Source: Lytechinus pictus
Lineage: Eukaryota
Reading direction: 5' to 3'
Assembly: GCF_037042905.1 (NCBI RefSeq)
Contig: NC_087251.1
Coordinates: 32,056,001 to 32,120,000, forward strand
Length of the DNA stretch: 64,000 nt
Position 1 is the stretch's first letter. Each line of letters starts with the position of its first letter. The translations under genes and the position numbers were made by a program. Shown piece by piece: positions 1 through 14,490 of this stretch. The notes below the pieces were generated by a model. That model did not search any database. It saw only the letters and a program-made list of their open reading frames with translations, and was not told where the DNA came from.

Positions 1-2035
1 AACTAAAATCAAGACATGATTGATTAATTGATATCTACTTTTACTTTTCTCCTAGCTGCTTCCCGAAAAGAATTTCCTGCCAACTAAAATTTATTTCAAA
101 ATTTAAACTTCTTGCACACAGATCCCAAAGTGATTTTGAAAATTCACAAGTATAAAATAGATGTTCATACGTTTCTTCTTCCTTTTCACAAAATGAGCAT
201 AAATTGGTCGAAACAAGACCGAAACGGAAAAGGTGGTGGTTAGTGTATTTCCTTATTGGTAAGATCATAATTCGTTCTGATTCTATCGAAAGTAGAAGGT
301 TTAATTTCATTTTTATTCAACAGCTGTTCGTATATTTCTTTTGATTTTAAAAACATTAAAATTAGTTGTTTTCTTACCCAAATTGAAATCGATTCCAGAG
401 TTATGCTTTGCATTTATTTCGATATTGTTCTTCCAACTAACGGGTAAACAGGCATAAATATGCTTGATCTTTTCAACATCATTTGCATCTAAATTCAAAT
501 TAAGAAAATGTGTATCACATTTTAGTTTACCATTATTATCCAAAATATGATGCAATTTATAAACCTCTTTATCGTATATAATCTTATCAAATATACAACT
601 CCCTTTATATCGAATAAGCTTATTATTAAAAATCACCACTTTCCGAAACTCTTGTACTTCTATGTCTTATATTTACCCACTCTTTTAATAAGTCCATGTA
701 AAATTTGGAAGCTGTTACTTTCAATAAACCTGGTATATAGTCACATGAAAATATCAAATCTCCACCCAAATGTTTAGTGCATGGCAAAATTAAAGTACTG
801 TTTCCATTTCATATCTTCATCTTTATTTAAAAGTTTTTTAATCCACATTATTCGTTGTGCCTTTACCTGCACAGGAAAGTTTAACATCTTTAATCCCCCT
901 TGCTTATATAGTCTAAAAACATTGTATTCCTAATTTTGTATACCTTTCCATAAGAAATCAAAAGTTAATTCATCCAATGATTCATAAACCCACTTAGGAA
1001 CAGGAGTAAGAGACGCTCGATAGAGGACTTTAGAATAGATATGCACCTTCAATAGTTGAATGTTCCCCATAAGCGTTATATCTCTTAGCTTCCAAAAGTT
1101 CAAGAGTGTTTTAATTTTGCTTAAGATTTCTTTATAATTTAGATCTTCTTTCTTATGTTCATCTATAGGGTGAAAAATACTCCTAAAACTTTAAGAAAAT
1201 CAACGATCTCGCCGAAGGAGAAGTCATAATCCAAATGCTGACATCAACCTAATTTTAATACTTTAGTTTTGTCATTATTTATTTTTAATCCAGAAAGTTT
1301 GTCAAAATCTGCAAATAAAACTTTTAGTCTATCAACTGATTTTACATTACGAGCAAAAACTGTCATATCATCTGCATAAAATGCTAATTTAATTCCTTCA
1401 ATCAGATTATCTTTTCGTAATTTATGAGCCATTACTTCAATATACAAAATAAAAAGGTAAGGACCTCACCCCCCCCCCCTTTTCATTTCAAAATAACCGG
1501 TGGAATTTCCTTCATTTAAAACACAACTTAGAGTGTCAGTATACAAAACTTTGACCCATCTCTGAAAGGATGTACCAAACCCAAAAGCCGTCAGAGCCTT
1601 TTGAAGAAAATGATGTGATAACGAGTCAAGGGCCTTCTCAAAATCTATAGCTATATATATAACAAAAAACCAGGTAGATTAAAATGGGATGTATGAAAAA
1701 ATAACATCATCTATATACGAATGGCCTCACCAATACTTCTACCTTGTATAACCCACCTGATCCTCCACAACGATTTCATTAAGTATTTCCTTGATTCGCT
1801 TAGCCAAAATTTTTGTTTAAATTTTGTGACGTTAAGAAGGGATATAGGTCTATAATTTTTCAATAAAAGAGGATCTTTCCCATCTTTAGCGATTAACGTA
1901 ATAACTGCTTGTTTTTGCGACGATTCCCCGGACCAATATGCCTCATTTAAGGCATCTTTAACTAAATCTCCAATATCCGGCCAAAATGTGTAGTAGAACT
2001 CCGAAGAAAGACCCCCAAGACCGTCATTTCCAGAT
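1..2035 (-). mobile_element. Degenerate L1/Tx1-clade LINE ORF2 fragment (RT plus C-terminal CCHC)
   Basis: Broken reading frames contain KNYRPISLLN-like sequence (~1830-1870), YADD (ORF 1244-1447) and CSFCEKEEETYEHLFYTC (ORF 41-310); many frameshifts. Confidence 0.88.
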
Positions 2036-2112
2036 GATGATGATGATGATGAAGATGATGATGATGATGATGGTGGTGATGATGATGATGATGAATTATT
2101 ATTATTATCATT
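2034..2112. repeat. (GAT)n/(ATT)n microsatellite
   Basis: Direct inspection. Confidence 0.9.
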
Positions 2113-2734
2113 ATATATAAATCATCTTTATTTCATAATAAAAATAGAGAAGGTGCAATCACCTCCATGGTGCAATAAACCCAGGTCCTCTGCCATGCAT
2201 GCAGTGATGATGGGACAAACTCTCCTTCACTGGCAATAGGCAGGGTGATAATACTTGTATATAATATATTGATTGAACTGGTACAATTCACAATGCATAA
2301 GACTTAACACATAATTCACATTACATAAGAAAGCTGAATATTAAGATAAACTTGACTAAATGGAATGGCGTACAGTATGCGGAAAGAGACAAGCATGTTA
2401 AATGAAAAGAAATGTGACTGTATTAATGAAAAAGAAAGGGGCCAGACAGTAGAAAAATACAAATAAAAGAGAGACCATCACTTTGTGATGGAGATTGATA
2501 CATTCATAATACAAGTACGCGTCGCCATAAAAACAAAAATGGTGTTTGTAACGTATTTCATATTCATAGAATCTTGTTATGAGAGATATTTCCATTATGT
2601 TAATTATTGCAATTATGATATTTAAAAATATGACAAACTAATATAATGTGAAAACTGTAATATATATGAGTTAGCCTTATCATAGTTCATATTGTTTATC
2701 CTGGCTGACATTTCGAAGTTATACATATTACAGA

Positions 2735-2930
2735 TAATTATTATTATGATTATTATTACATAATAATAATAATAATTATTATTATTATCAATTATCATCA
2801 TTTTTTATTATTATTATTATCAGTCATCATCGTCATCATTACTATTATTATTATTATTATTATCATTATTATTGCAATAACGATGATGATGATGATGATG
2901 ATGAGATGATGATGATGATAATAATGATAA
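2735..2930. repeat. (ATT)n/(GAT)n compound microsatellite
   Basis: Direct inspection. Confidence 0.88.
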
Positions 2931-2937
2931 TACATGA

Positions 2938-3128
2938 GATTTGTATAGATCGAGCACTTTCCATCTTAATTAGATGCTCAAGGCGCTTCAGAGCAGTATA
3001 CAACAAAAACTATTTACATAATGATAATACATGTCTGAAAAATAAGTCAATGTCTATCAAAAAACACTCTTAAACAAGTATGTTTTCAGGTTGCCCTTGA
3101 AGGTGGTCACTGAAGTCTGGGTTTTCAA
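2938..3128 (-). mobile_element. L2-type LINE extreme 3' end
   Basis: Minus strand reads LKTQTSVTTFKGNLKTYLF, followed by an AAGCGCCTTGAGCATC...TATACAAAT tail and a simple repeat. Confidence 0.6.
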
Positions 3129-3535
3129 ACAATAGAGCCGTCTGCACCAGCCCGAGTTTTCAAATTAGCGCGCTATTTTCTGATCTGGCAAATTATCCCG
3201 ATCTGAACAATCTCAATATTATTTTGTAATGGAGACGCAATTTATCGCGCGAGTTCGCTGGATCAATCTCGAGATTGCAATCCCAAGTCAACTTGGGATT
3301 ATTTGCAAACTAGCACGCTATTTTACGAATTATCCCGCCAATTTGCAGAAGGGGTGTAACAGCTAGGGGTCGGTGGCCAGGGGGCGGGGGGGGGGGTTAG
3401 GGGCAAGAGTAAAAAAATTCCCCGTCATATCATGGTATGAACAGGATTTTTTTAGGGCGAAGCTTAATGCGTGATATGTTTTAAGTACAAAAAATACGGG
3501 CACAGCGTGGCGCGCGCGGCAAAAAAGTTGCTTAA

Positions 3536-4138
3536 AGGACAAGTCCACCCCAACAAATAATTGATTTGAATAAAAAGAGAAAAATCCAACAAGCACAGCA
3601 CTGAAAATTTCATCAAAATCGGATGTAAAATAAGAAAGTTATGACATTTTAAAGTTTCGCTTAATTTCACAAAACAGTTATATGCACATCCTGGTTGGTA
3701 TGCAAATGAGGAGAGTGATGACGTCATCCACTCACTATTTCTTTTGTATTTTATTAAACGAAATATGAAATATTCTAATTATCTCCTCATTGTCAAGTGA
3801 AACAGTGATTAATTCCTCCGTGAACATGTGGAATTAGCATTGTTTAATACTATATGATTCAGTAAAGTCGGTCCCTATGGTTAAATCTGTAAAAAATGGA
3901 ATATTGTATAATTCAAACAATAAAAAACAAAAGAAATAGTGAGTGATGGACATCATCGGCTGACTCATTTGCATGTCACTGAGTTGTGCATATCACTGTT
4001 TTGTGAAAAATAAGCAAAACTTTAAAATGTCATAACTTTCTTATTTTACACCCGAATTTGATGAAATTTTCAGCATTATGTTAGTTTGATTTTTCTCTAT
4101 TTATTCAAATCAATATTTTGCTGGGGTGGACTTGACCT
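3536..4138. mobile_element. Kolobok/T2-type MITE family 1, copy 1
   Basis: TTAA TSDs at 3532-3535 and 4139-4142; TIR AGG(A/T)CAAGTCCACCCCA; long internal inverted symmetry; 5 copies in the window. Confidence 0.88.
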
Positions 4139-5447
4139 TTAATATAAGTCCCGAGCGAGTAAGAAAATCACCTTTTCATGAGAATCTAACTTTGAGATTA
4201 ATTTTGACATGGTATGCAGAAAATAACATCATATTTTGCATCTTTCTTTCGTTTCATTTTCTTTCATTTTTTTTCTCGGTTAATTGTAGAACTTTTGGGG
4301 GCCAGTGCTATGCGGATCGGGTCCGGGGCAATGGTGGCACCAGGATTTTTAACCTGGGGGGGGGGGGGTAAAAGAACATTTGAGGGGGCAAGACACGAAT
4401 ATTTTGCCTATTTTATAATTATTTGCATTGGGTCATGAAGATGATATCTGAAAATTTTTGATATTCTGATATGATAACTGGACGTTCTAAGCACTTCTTG
4501 TAATCATATAACTGGATGACTATATAATTAAACAATTTATTATTGATGCGACCGCGTATAGCGCGAGCTGAAAATATTTGATTTATGAAAATTATGAATT
4601 CACATGATGTGTACCTCGCAAAAACTCTAATCGCGAGAAGCATATTGACTTGAACATTGGATTTTTAAGCCCCATAATTATGTGAACAGATAATTTACTT
4701 ATATAGGCCTAATGACCTGAAAGAATTAGTGACCAAAATTGTTGGGATCTAACAGCTATATGAATGGATGAGAAAACAGCTTTAGTAGGATTCTTATGAC
4801 AACATTTTCCCCGTACGTGCCTCCATATTTTGAGGCAGAACAACATAGAAATGTGGTAAAATTTGTAAAGTCGCAAGCAAGCGAAGCGAGGCAGAAAAAA
4901 TTTGGCCTTTTAAAATGATTTTGAAATTAAATTCTAATTGTGTGATAAGAGCTTTAGAAATTTAGCCAAAGTAAACATTGAGAGGCTTACGGTAAATCTA
5001 GCCAGCGTCAAGCTTTACTTCGGTAATTAGGACATAATAGGGGAATACAACTAGCCCTTGGCTAACCCTTAATTGGCTAAGGATTTTTTTTGTCCTGATT
5101 GCGATCATTAATGCATAAAATTAAGCAAGCTTATAGTAGACGCCATCCCCCTTTCTTCCCGTTCTTTATAATTTATTTTTTTATACTTGACAACCCGGTC
5201 GTGTTCTTACGTTCTTTTCTTTTTATCTTGTCCCTTTTCTTCATATTCTGATTTTCCAATTTAGCTATTGGCTCTACTTTTATTTCCCGTTATTTCTTTT
5301 TGCCTTTTTCTCCCATTCAAGTTGCCGCCGTTCTTGCCCGTTGAGTCATATTTTATTTTATATCTCTCTCTTGCTACTCATGTTAGTATATTTCAGGATA
5401 TTATGTACTTCCTTCCATGTTCTTCTTTCCTTCCCTTTCCCGCTTTT

Positions 5448-5990
<543 letters not shown>

Positions 5991-6149
5991 CTCTTTTCTC
6001 CTTTCCCGTTTTTTTATTTTCCCGGTGAAATCCGCCAGAGGGGGGGGGGGGGCTTGCCCCCCTCCCTCCCCCCCTCCTGCCTGTTACGCGCGCCACTGAT
6101 TGGGAAGAAAACATGTATAATTTTATGGTACACCGCGGTGTTTTCTATC

Positions 6150-6413
6150 AGCGATGTGGTGTAGCGGTTTTGACTCTCGCCGTAATCAGAGGGTCGTGTG
6201 TTCGAACCATGGCCTAGCGTCCTTTGGCAATCCACACTTTGCCACCCTCACCCAGGGTTTTTTTTTATTGGGTACCGGTAGGAAAAAATCGTCACGGTGT
6301 GCGCCTAACAGGCTGCTTATAATGAATCCAGTGCATGATCGGATAATAATAATTGTGAAGCGCTTTGAGCAGTCGTAGATTGATAAAGCGCTATATAAAT
6401 GCCAATTATTATT
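6150..6413 (+). mobile_element. tRNA-derived SINE
   Basis: A box TGGTGTAGCGG, B box GTTCGAACC, L2-like tail AAGCGCTTTGAG...GCGCTATATAAAT and (ATT)n. Confidence 0.75.
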
Positions 6414-6878
6414 TATCATGATAAAAAAAAACGCGGACGTCCTAATAATCAATTAGCAAACGCTCAAGCTGCTCTGACGGAGCTTGAAAAATCAAGTGCT
6501 TATATAAACGCACACGAGTTCGCTTATGCATACACTTTATTAGTTCGGACACTTTTTAGCAAGAGCTTAATCGTGAAGTAAATGCAAGCATTTAGATAGC
6601 GATTGCTTGAACTTTCTGGCAAAAGCATTTGCGCGCTCATTTTGTGCATACGGAATCAAGCAAAAGCCTTACAAATTAAAGCAACTGCTACTCAAAGTTT
6701 ATGCATCTGACCAATTATTGTCATGTGTTGCCAATCTGCATTCCCGGTCTGCATTGCATTGAACCTAAAAAAACTGAAAAAAACCCTGCCGTGGTGTGAA
6801 CAAACGATCGAGCACACATTAACTAGTTTTTGGCAATAACTATAACAGCCTTCACTTTTCAGCAATTATTGTGATTTT

Positions 6879-7270
6879 CTAAATTTGGAGGAATTGGGGT
6901 CCAATTTGGGGATTTTTCAAATGCCTTTTGGGGATGATCTGTCTCAAAACCAAAATATAAAAAAGTTCCCTTTTCGTGTATACAGCCCTTTGTAATTGTT
7001 TGTATTGAAATTTTGTGTGTTTATTGCATAGCATTGCACATTTCAGTCCCAGAAATACTTCTTTCAATTCCCCCATTCCCAGATCATATTCAGATTGCCC
7101 ATCTGTAACATAAAATACACAATCATTTTGAAAATGTTCAATGAATTTTTCAAAAAAGGTCTTTATTATTGAGGCATATACGCTTGTTATTGAAAATAAT
7201 GGGATTACTTTTCCCACCAAAATGTTTACATTTATCCAAGTCGTGCCATGCCTTAATTCAGCATACCTAC
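6879..7270 (-). mobile_element. Probable L1/Tx1 ORF2 C-terminal fragment
   Basis: TKFQYKQLQRAVYTKRELF resembles the FQYKxLxRxxxT motif that precedes the LINE zinc knuckle. Confidence 0.45.
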
Positions 7271-7279
7271 CCCTACCTA

Positions 7280-7801
7280 CACTGTAAAAAAAAACTGAAT
7301 CAGTAGTTAACACTTAATGCATATAAGAAGAATTTATTATTTGTAATTATTTTTCTTTTTTCATTAGTTTAAATTGTCTTTTAATTTACTTGATTTATTT
7401 GCGTTCAATATACATTTAAGACTTTGCTAGCTTGCTTTGATTGAGTAAATCTAACTCAATTAGGCAAAGATGATTATTACTTATACAATCATGTTGAATG
7501 ATATATATTTTTCAATTAACACCTTATTTAAATGAATATTCTTTAGAGCAAGTAAATGTTTTTATTTAATAACTGTCATATCTATTTGTGTTTGAAATTG
7601 TTTTGGATAAGGGTGTGCTAACTATTTTGTTCTTTTGTTGAATCAAAGAAAGAGCAACATTAAAAAGTCGTTTAGCAGAAAAATTCAGATTTCTTTTTAG
7701 GTTTTCGGAAAATGTTTATATTATTCTCACTGTTTTATTTGTAAGAATGAAACGATCGCGTATAAATATCAATGTATACATGTTTTTTTTTTTTTACAGT
7801 G
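7280..7801. mobile_element. CACTG-ended (EnSpm/CACTA-like) non-autonomous element
   Basis: TA-CACTGTAAAAAAAA ... TTTTTTTTACAGTG-TA. Confidence 0.7.
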
Positions 7802-10004
7802 TACATGTATGTAATGGTATACCTTTCAAATTCATTTTACTGTACTTGTAACAAAAAGAAATTAGTTGAGCGCCATCTATTGTGGAAAACATTACAATGC
7901 ACATAGATTTATCAAACTACTAACTTGTTACTACTAACAAACTCTAAAGTTCTAAACAAAGTCAAGATACCGTACTCTTTGGATTAAAGTAAGTAACTTA
8001 GGAAAGATTAAGCAGTAATGTAACTCGTGCATATAGACTCTTTAAGATACCGTAGTAGATAGAATAGTGAATAGCGAAAATCTATGATAACAGATAAGTG
8101 AAACCTGACGGGCGACATGGCCGGTGATGGAGCTGCCATGGAGTGCGGGGGGCAGTCACCGTCATCCCCCGGGCCCAGCCGACGCGATTGATGGACTGAG
8201 CTCAGCTCAGCTCGGCTCACTCACATTTGGCTAGCCTAGATGAATTCTGTTCAGCTTGCTTTGCCTGTCATGCCTGGCTGTTAATAATAATAATAATAAT
8301 ATTCAGTTCTTTTTTATAGCGCATAACACATAGCAATGCATGTCCCTATGCACTTGGATGAAATTAAGGTAGGCACTTCACTCTTCAGGTGAAAATTAGG
8401 AAAGGCTGTTCCAGCATGTTTTTTTATTAGACAGCTGGCAGCCGTCTGTTTCGAGGAGTTTTTTAACATTTTTTTATTTTTTAAATTTCTCCTCATACAC
8501 AGACGGCTCGCTATCGTGCAGCCACCATTAGGGGACTTACAATGCAAAATCCCCCCGTCGGGGCTCTTCAATTTTTGTCTTTAATGAATCAAACTTTTGA
8601 AAATAAATGCGACCGAAATGCAAATTAATATTCCCTCTTGGCATTAATTGCAAAAAAACGGGGAAAATCAAGTTAAAAGGAACAAAAACAGTGACTTACC
8701 TCAGCTGTCGCGCAACTTCACTGCCCTGTTTTATCCGAACTTAATACACATAAACATATGGCCATTGAGTCCCCTGTACAGATCGCGCTAGAACTTCGGT
8801 CTCTGTATTTGGTGAGTGAAGCCAACGGAGTTCAGCTGAACAACCAACATAACAGAGACCGAAGCTTTTGGTCTAGTTTTTTATGCTCACAATGAGGCTC
8901 AATATCTACGACTACGATTCACAAAACTGTTTGAATTGTCAAAATCCGACTTCTAGAAGTCGAGTTATTGTCATATTTGTGATACAAAAACAGGGCTTTT
9001 TGTGGACAAAAGACGATTGTGCAATCTTATTATTCTTATTGTTTCAAATGGGAATGGCACACTTTATAATACTAGGCCTAGTACATAGCTAATGCCGAGT
9101 AATGGGGAATGTACAAGCTCTTTATTTCAATCTTTTGAAAGCTTTTTTGCAATGATTTTGACTACCCCTGGATGATTACCTCCCCCTGCCCCCCGGATAG
9201 TCGCCCCCCCCCTGCCCCGGACAATTACCCCCCGCGGACAACTACACTGTTAAACCCTATCAAAAATTCTACACCTAACTCTATTTCGGGGTAATTGTCC
9301 TGTGGTAGGTTTGTGCACAGGGTAAACATTATATGAATTTCTTTCGCTTGAACATTATATTAGAAATTAAATTTTCAATGAATATAATTCAAAATAAAAG
9401 AAAGAGAATTAACATAATAATCTCAGAATTTTTAGGAAAAAAAAGAGAAAGAATGAATTCAATCTTTGTTCTTTCCCTCCTTTATTTTGTATTATACATT
9501 GTTGTCATTTGTGTTATTCTATCTTTGTTCACTTGTATTGTAAGGGGTCATTTTTATTAAGCCATCATTTGTGCTTTTTATGATCCCCCACTATACATGT
9601 ATTGAACATTGTATTGATTTGTATATATTGTTGCTTTTTAAAGACAAGTGGAAATAAATTGAATTGAATTGTATATTATCTCATTATTGTTATTGTGGTC
9701 TCAATAATATTATTGTCTCATCATTGTTTCATTATTGTTGTCAAAATTATTGTTATAATTATAATCATAATTATTTTTATCATTATGATAATTATTATTG
9801 TCTCAATAATTATTACAATTATAATTACTATCATAATTGTTAAATTTGTTATCATAATTATTTTATAGTTATTGTTTCAATAATTATAAAGCCTACATAA
9901 TTATAATTATTTTTATAATAATGATTATTATTGATATCTCATTAATATTATTGTCTCAATAATTATTACAATTATAATTACTATCATAATAATTATAATT
10001 ATAA

Positions 10005-11435
10005 GGCGCGATAGCTCAGTCGGTAGAGCGGGGGACTCATATTCCGGTGACCCAGGTTTGATTCCCACTTGGTGCGCTAGTGCCCTTTGGTAAGGCATTA
10101 ATCCTCAGTACCAGGTCCCTCGTAGAGGACCTTAAGCCGTCGCACAGTGGGCCGGGGCGAAACAAAAGTGCGCCAAAAGTCATTTTGGGCAATTTCAGAT
10201 TTTTAATTTCTGTCATGCCCAGCTGAAAGACAACACTTTGAAGAATACTTCAGCAAAATATTTCATTCGAGAATTTGCATAAAGGTTGTTAATTTCCTAC
10301 CTCAAATCGTAAAATGTGACATTTTGCGAAATGCCGCGTGTATGGCAACTGAGTTGAAAAAAAAGCAATTTCACGGGAGGTTTTTCATGTAGGAATCTGA
10401 AATGGCACCCACATAATCCTGATATATTCTTTTTTTCGTGAGAAATGGTTCAAATTAGATAAAAGACACATTTCAGGAGGTTTATAGAACAATTATTCCT
10501 CGAAATAGGCTGATAATCCATGTTTTTAGCATTTACATTAGAAACGTTTATATTTCCGTGGATTTCCGTTTAAATTCTATCATCATCATTTTGCCAGATG
10601 TCTAAGCTTTAAGTCGATACCAAATTTAGCTGCCCGTTTTTGCCCGTTTTCAAGTTAGAGCCGATTTTACTTGGCACAACACCCCCAAAACCTGTTAAGA
10701 AACGGTCATTTTTATACCGCGCAGTCATCGCAGCGCACCGTGTGGGGTGTACATCGCCGTTCATTTTTGCACGGCGAGGACGATTCCCCCTTCCATTCCA
10801 TGAAAAAGACATGAATTCCGGGCATAATGCAAACAAAATAAAGGTTGATAACGCATATAAGGGCTACTTGCCCCTCTTCCAGAGTGAAAATTTACTTGTA
10901 GAATAATTTGAGCCAAAAGCTCTCCTCACAGTAAAACATTCGTGGTCCTGTATACTATGCGTTTTACCCAAGTCTACACCGCTTGATAAAGCACGGTTAA
11001 TATTTTTCAGATTTTTAAGTATTTTTTTAATCTAATGATCACTTTGATGCCATATAATTATTTTCAGGATCTCATACACACTTGTTAGGCATGTGAGAAG
11101 CATAAACCAACATTCACTCTGGTCAATCTTAAAGTAACACATAACACAAAGTCTATATACTACATATTGTTTAGCGTAATTTGTCTTTTCACAGATAGGT
11201 TTTAAGTAGCCAATCAAAATTGGTATCAAAGTGACGTCATATCGGCTTTAAATTATGTTCAGTCGATTCTACGCCCAAAATTACCCTTAATCAACATTTT
11301 AAAGTAAAAATATAACACGGAATATAATTTTGCCGCACTTTCAACTCATTCTGGCCCACTGTGCGTCGGTCCTCTGGTTGCTTGCTTACAAGCATTCATG
11401 CTTTCTTAGCAATCAGGTAAAAAATCACCACCAAT
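10005..11435 (+). mobile_element. tRNA-derived SINE interrupted by a Transib element (SINE parts 10005-10142 and 11364-11435)
   Basis: GGCGCGATAGCTCAGTCGGTAGAGCG A box and GGTTTGATTCC B box; body resumes at CGTCGGTCC after the insert. Confidence 0.75.
10143..11363. mobile_element. Non-autonomous Transib DNA transposon
   Basis: TIRs CACAGTGGGCC / GGCCCACTGTG; perfect 5-bp TSD CGTCG at 10138-10142 and 11364-11368; no transposase ORF seen. Confidence 0.88.
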
Positions 11436-12315
11436 TGTTATAGTTATTTTATAATAATTATTATTGTAATAATAATTATTATTACAATAATAATGAATAT
11501 TATTATTGTAATATTAATATTTATTCAATAATATTTGAAATATTATTGTAATAATAATTATTACTGTCTCAATAATTATTACAATTATATTTATCATTAT
11601 TATTATAATTGTTATCATTATAATCATTTTCTAATATCATTATTGTAATAATAATTATTCTCAATAATTATTATACCTATAATTATAATTATTATATGAT
11701 TATTAATGATGTCTCATTAATATTATTGTCTCAATAATTGTTACAATTATAATTATTATAATTATAATTGTTATAATTATTTTCATAATAATTTTCAAAT
11801 AATAATCATTATTATGGTCTCAATAATTTCATCATTATTGTCTCATTATTAATGTCTCATCATTATTGCCTCATTGTCTTATCTCATTTCATAATATCTT
11901 CAAAATAGTAATTAACACCATAACAAGGTCCATAATCAGATATCAAATTCATGAAACATATCTCATACATGTAGACCTATTTCTAAATTAAATTCATGAA
12001 AGGAGCTTTTTGTGCCATTCAAAAATACGACTTCCATTAACTCTGTGCGCTGGGCCATGAACCTCCTCTGTGCTGAATTGTTTTCAAGGAGGCATCAGGA
12101 GAAGTAAATAAAATAGACTTGCTTACTTCAACTTGCTTTAACTTTTTACTCCAACATTTTGAGGGAAAATGCTTCACAGCAAAGAACTTTTTGTAGAAAA
12201 TTTCACAGACTTTCCAACTGTTTGGGGGAAATAATGATAAAAAAATGGTATATAATCCATAATTTCATAGATAGATGATTCTATTATGGTAAAGGATGTT
12301 CAAAGCCTAGTGTAT

Positions 12316-13570
12316 AAGAATCTACATAACCATGTGTTCAAATAAGACACTGTCTTTATAGAGTGGATCATAAGCTTTCCATTGATACCAAAACATATAC
12401 CATGTTTCTAAAGAAAAGTAGTAATCAAGGAGAAAAGAAAAAGAGATGATTAGGGTTGAGAAGTGTGTCTTATTGTACTCATATCCTGCCCCCTATTCAG
12501 AGTACATGACCATGCGACCCAATGAACTATTGTATATCCTGTCTCTTTTCTCTGAGAGGGGCCTTCAGTGCATATATTGATTTTTTGGGAGATACTTCGG
12601 AATTTTATATAATACCCTTTAGACAACAAGTTTTGTATTTGCAGGTCAAAAATGACATTCTGTACTATATATATCTCTATATTTTGCGTCAAAGGTTTAT
12701 AAATGTTTGACACAAAACACAATACACACAAACAAGTTACATTATTTGCCATTTGCTAAATTTGTAATTTGCTCTATTTCATCTGCAGAATTATGTTTAT
12801 ATATCTTCTTAGCATCACATTGTATCTACCTACCTACCTACCTACCTATTTATCTATCTATTTATCCATCCATCCATCCATCCATCTATCTACCTACCTA
12901 CCTATATATATATATCTATCTTTCTTTCTATCTTTTTATCTATCTATCTACCTACATATATTTCTATCTATCTTTTTTTTTTATAGCAACCATATACATT
13001 TGTAAATGTTTGCCTATTTTATCTGTCCATTGCAAAACTGTTTGCATATACCTTTTCTATCTGTATGTCTGCCTGTAAACTTATTACTATTTTCATTTAT
13101 CCATCCGTCTTTATTTTTTTAAATTTTATAAATGTTTGAATCGTTATACTTGTGTATTCTATGTATTTATCTATATATTTATCTCTCTTTATCAACATAT
13201 GTATTTTCAGCTTCCTGTTGTCTATGTAGTATGTAGTTTATCATTTTTAAAAATAGTTATATGTGTATGTTTTATTCAACTGTCTATGTATAACCATATA
13301 AGAATCTACATAACCGTTTGTTCAAAGAAAACACTGTCCGTACAGAGTGGATCATAAGCTTTCCATTGATACCAAACATATACCATGTTTCTAAAGAAAA
13401 GAAGTAATCAAGGAGAAAAGAAAAAGAGATGATTAGGGTGAGAAGTGTGTCTTATTGTACTCATATCCTGCCCCTTATTCAGAGTACATGACCATGCGAC
13501 CCAATGAACTATTGTATCTATATCCTGACTCCTTTCTCTGAGAGGGGCCTTGAGTGAATTTATTGATTTT
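12316..13570 (+). repeat. Direct duplication of ~260 bp (12316-12585 and 13298-13570) flanking a (TATC/TACC)n tract
   Basis: Near-identical AAGAATCTACATAACC...GAGAGGGGCCTT blocks; microsatellite at 12825-12972. Confidence 0.85.
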
Positions 13571-13844
13571 TTTTCATTCTTTGGCATCTTAGATAATACC
13601 GAATACTTATCAACCAGGTCAAGATCGTGAAACATCATTCATGTTATGGGAGCCAGTTGCAGGGCTCCACCCTAACCCTTTTTTTCTAACGGTCCAACCT
13701 GTTCATGTCGGACCAGTAGATACCCGGTTTTCCATTTTTTTACTGGTCCAAACCTAAAATGTATTGGTCCCCAAAATAAAGAAAAACATTTTAAAAGGAG
13801 AAGAGTTTATTTTGATGTCTTTTCTTGTTACCCCCCCCCCCCCA

Positions 13845-14490
13845 GAAAAAGAAAGAAAGAATGAAATAAAGAAATGAAAAAATAAAATGTAAAAAGAGGG
13901 GAAGGAAAAAAATAAAGAAAGAATAAAAGAAAGAAGGAAAGAATGAACGAAAAAAGAATGATAGAAAGGGGAAAATAAGAAAAGGACAAAAGAAAGAAGA
14001 AAAAAAAGGAATAAAGGAATGAAGGAAAGAAAGAAAAAAAAGGAACAAATGAAGCATGCAATAGAGAAAGAATGAACGAAAGACAAAAAGACAGTACTGA
14101 AGGATCAAAAGAAAGAACAGAAAGAAAGGAAGGAAGAAATATAAAAGAAAGGAAATGTAACTAAATTGATAGATAGAAGGAAGAAAAAAGAAAGAAAGAG
14201 CAACGGAAATGGATAAAGGAAAGAAAGAAGGAAGCAAACAAAAAGGTAAAAGGATAGATGAAAGGAGTGATTGTAAGAAGGAAGGGAAATAAGGAAATAA
14301 TAAGGAAGAAATAAAAAAAGGTAAAATGATAGATAGAAGAAAGGCAAATAATGAAGGAAAGTCACAAAGAAGGAAGGAAGGAAAGAAAGGAAGCAAGCAA
14401 TAAAAACGAAAGAAAGAAAAGGTAAAGTAAAATGATAGATGAGAGGAAGAAAAAAGAAAGAACAAACGAAAGTCAGAAAGAAAGGAAGGA
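13845..14490 (+). repeat. Purine-rich (GAAA/GGAA) low-complexity tract
   Basis: Direct inspection. Confidence 0.9.

Larger units (their letters stand above)
9680..11900. repeat. ATT-rich low-complexity tract (9680-10004 and 11440-11900) split by the SINE/Transib insertion
   Basis: Recurrent ATTATTGTCTCAATAATT units on both sides. Confidence 0.75.

Noticed and set aside
10005..10078. Possible tRNA gene
   Set aside because: Stems pair poorly and the sequence continues into a SINE body; the same applies to the heads at 6150, 16494, 47698 and 54314.
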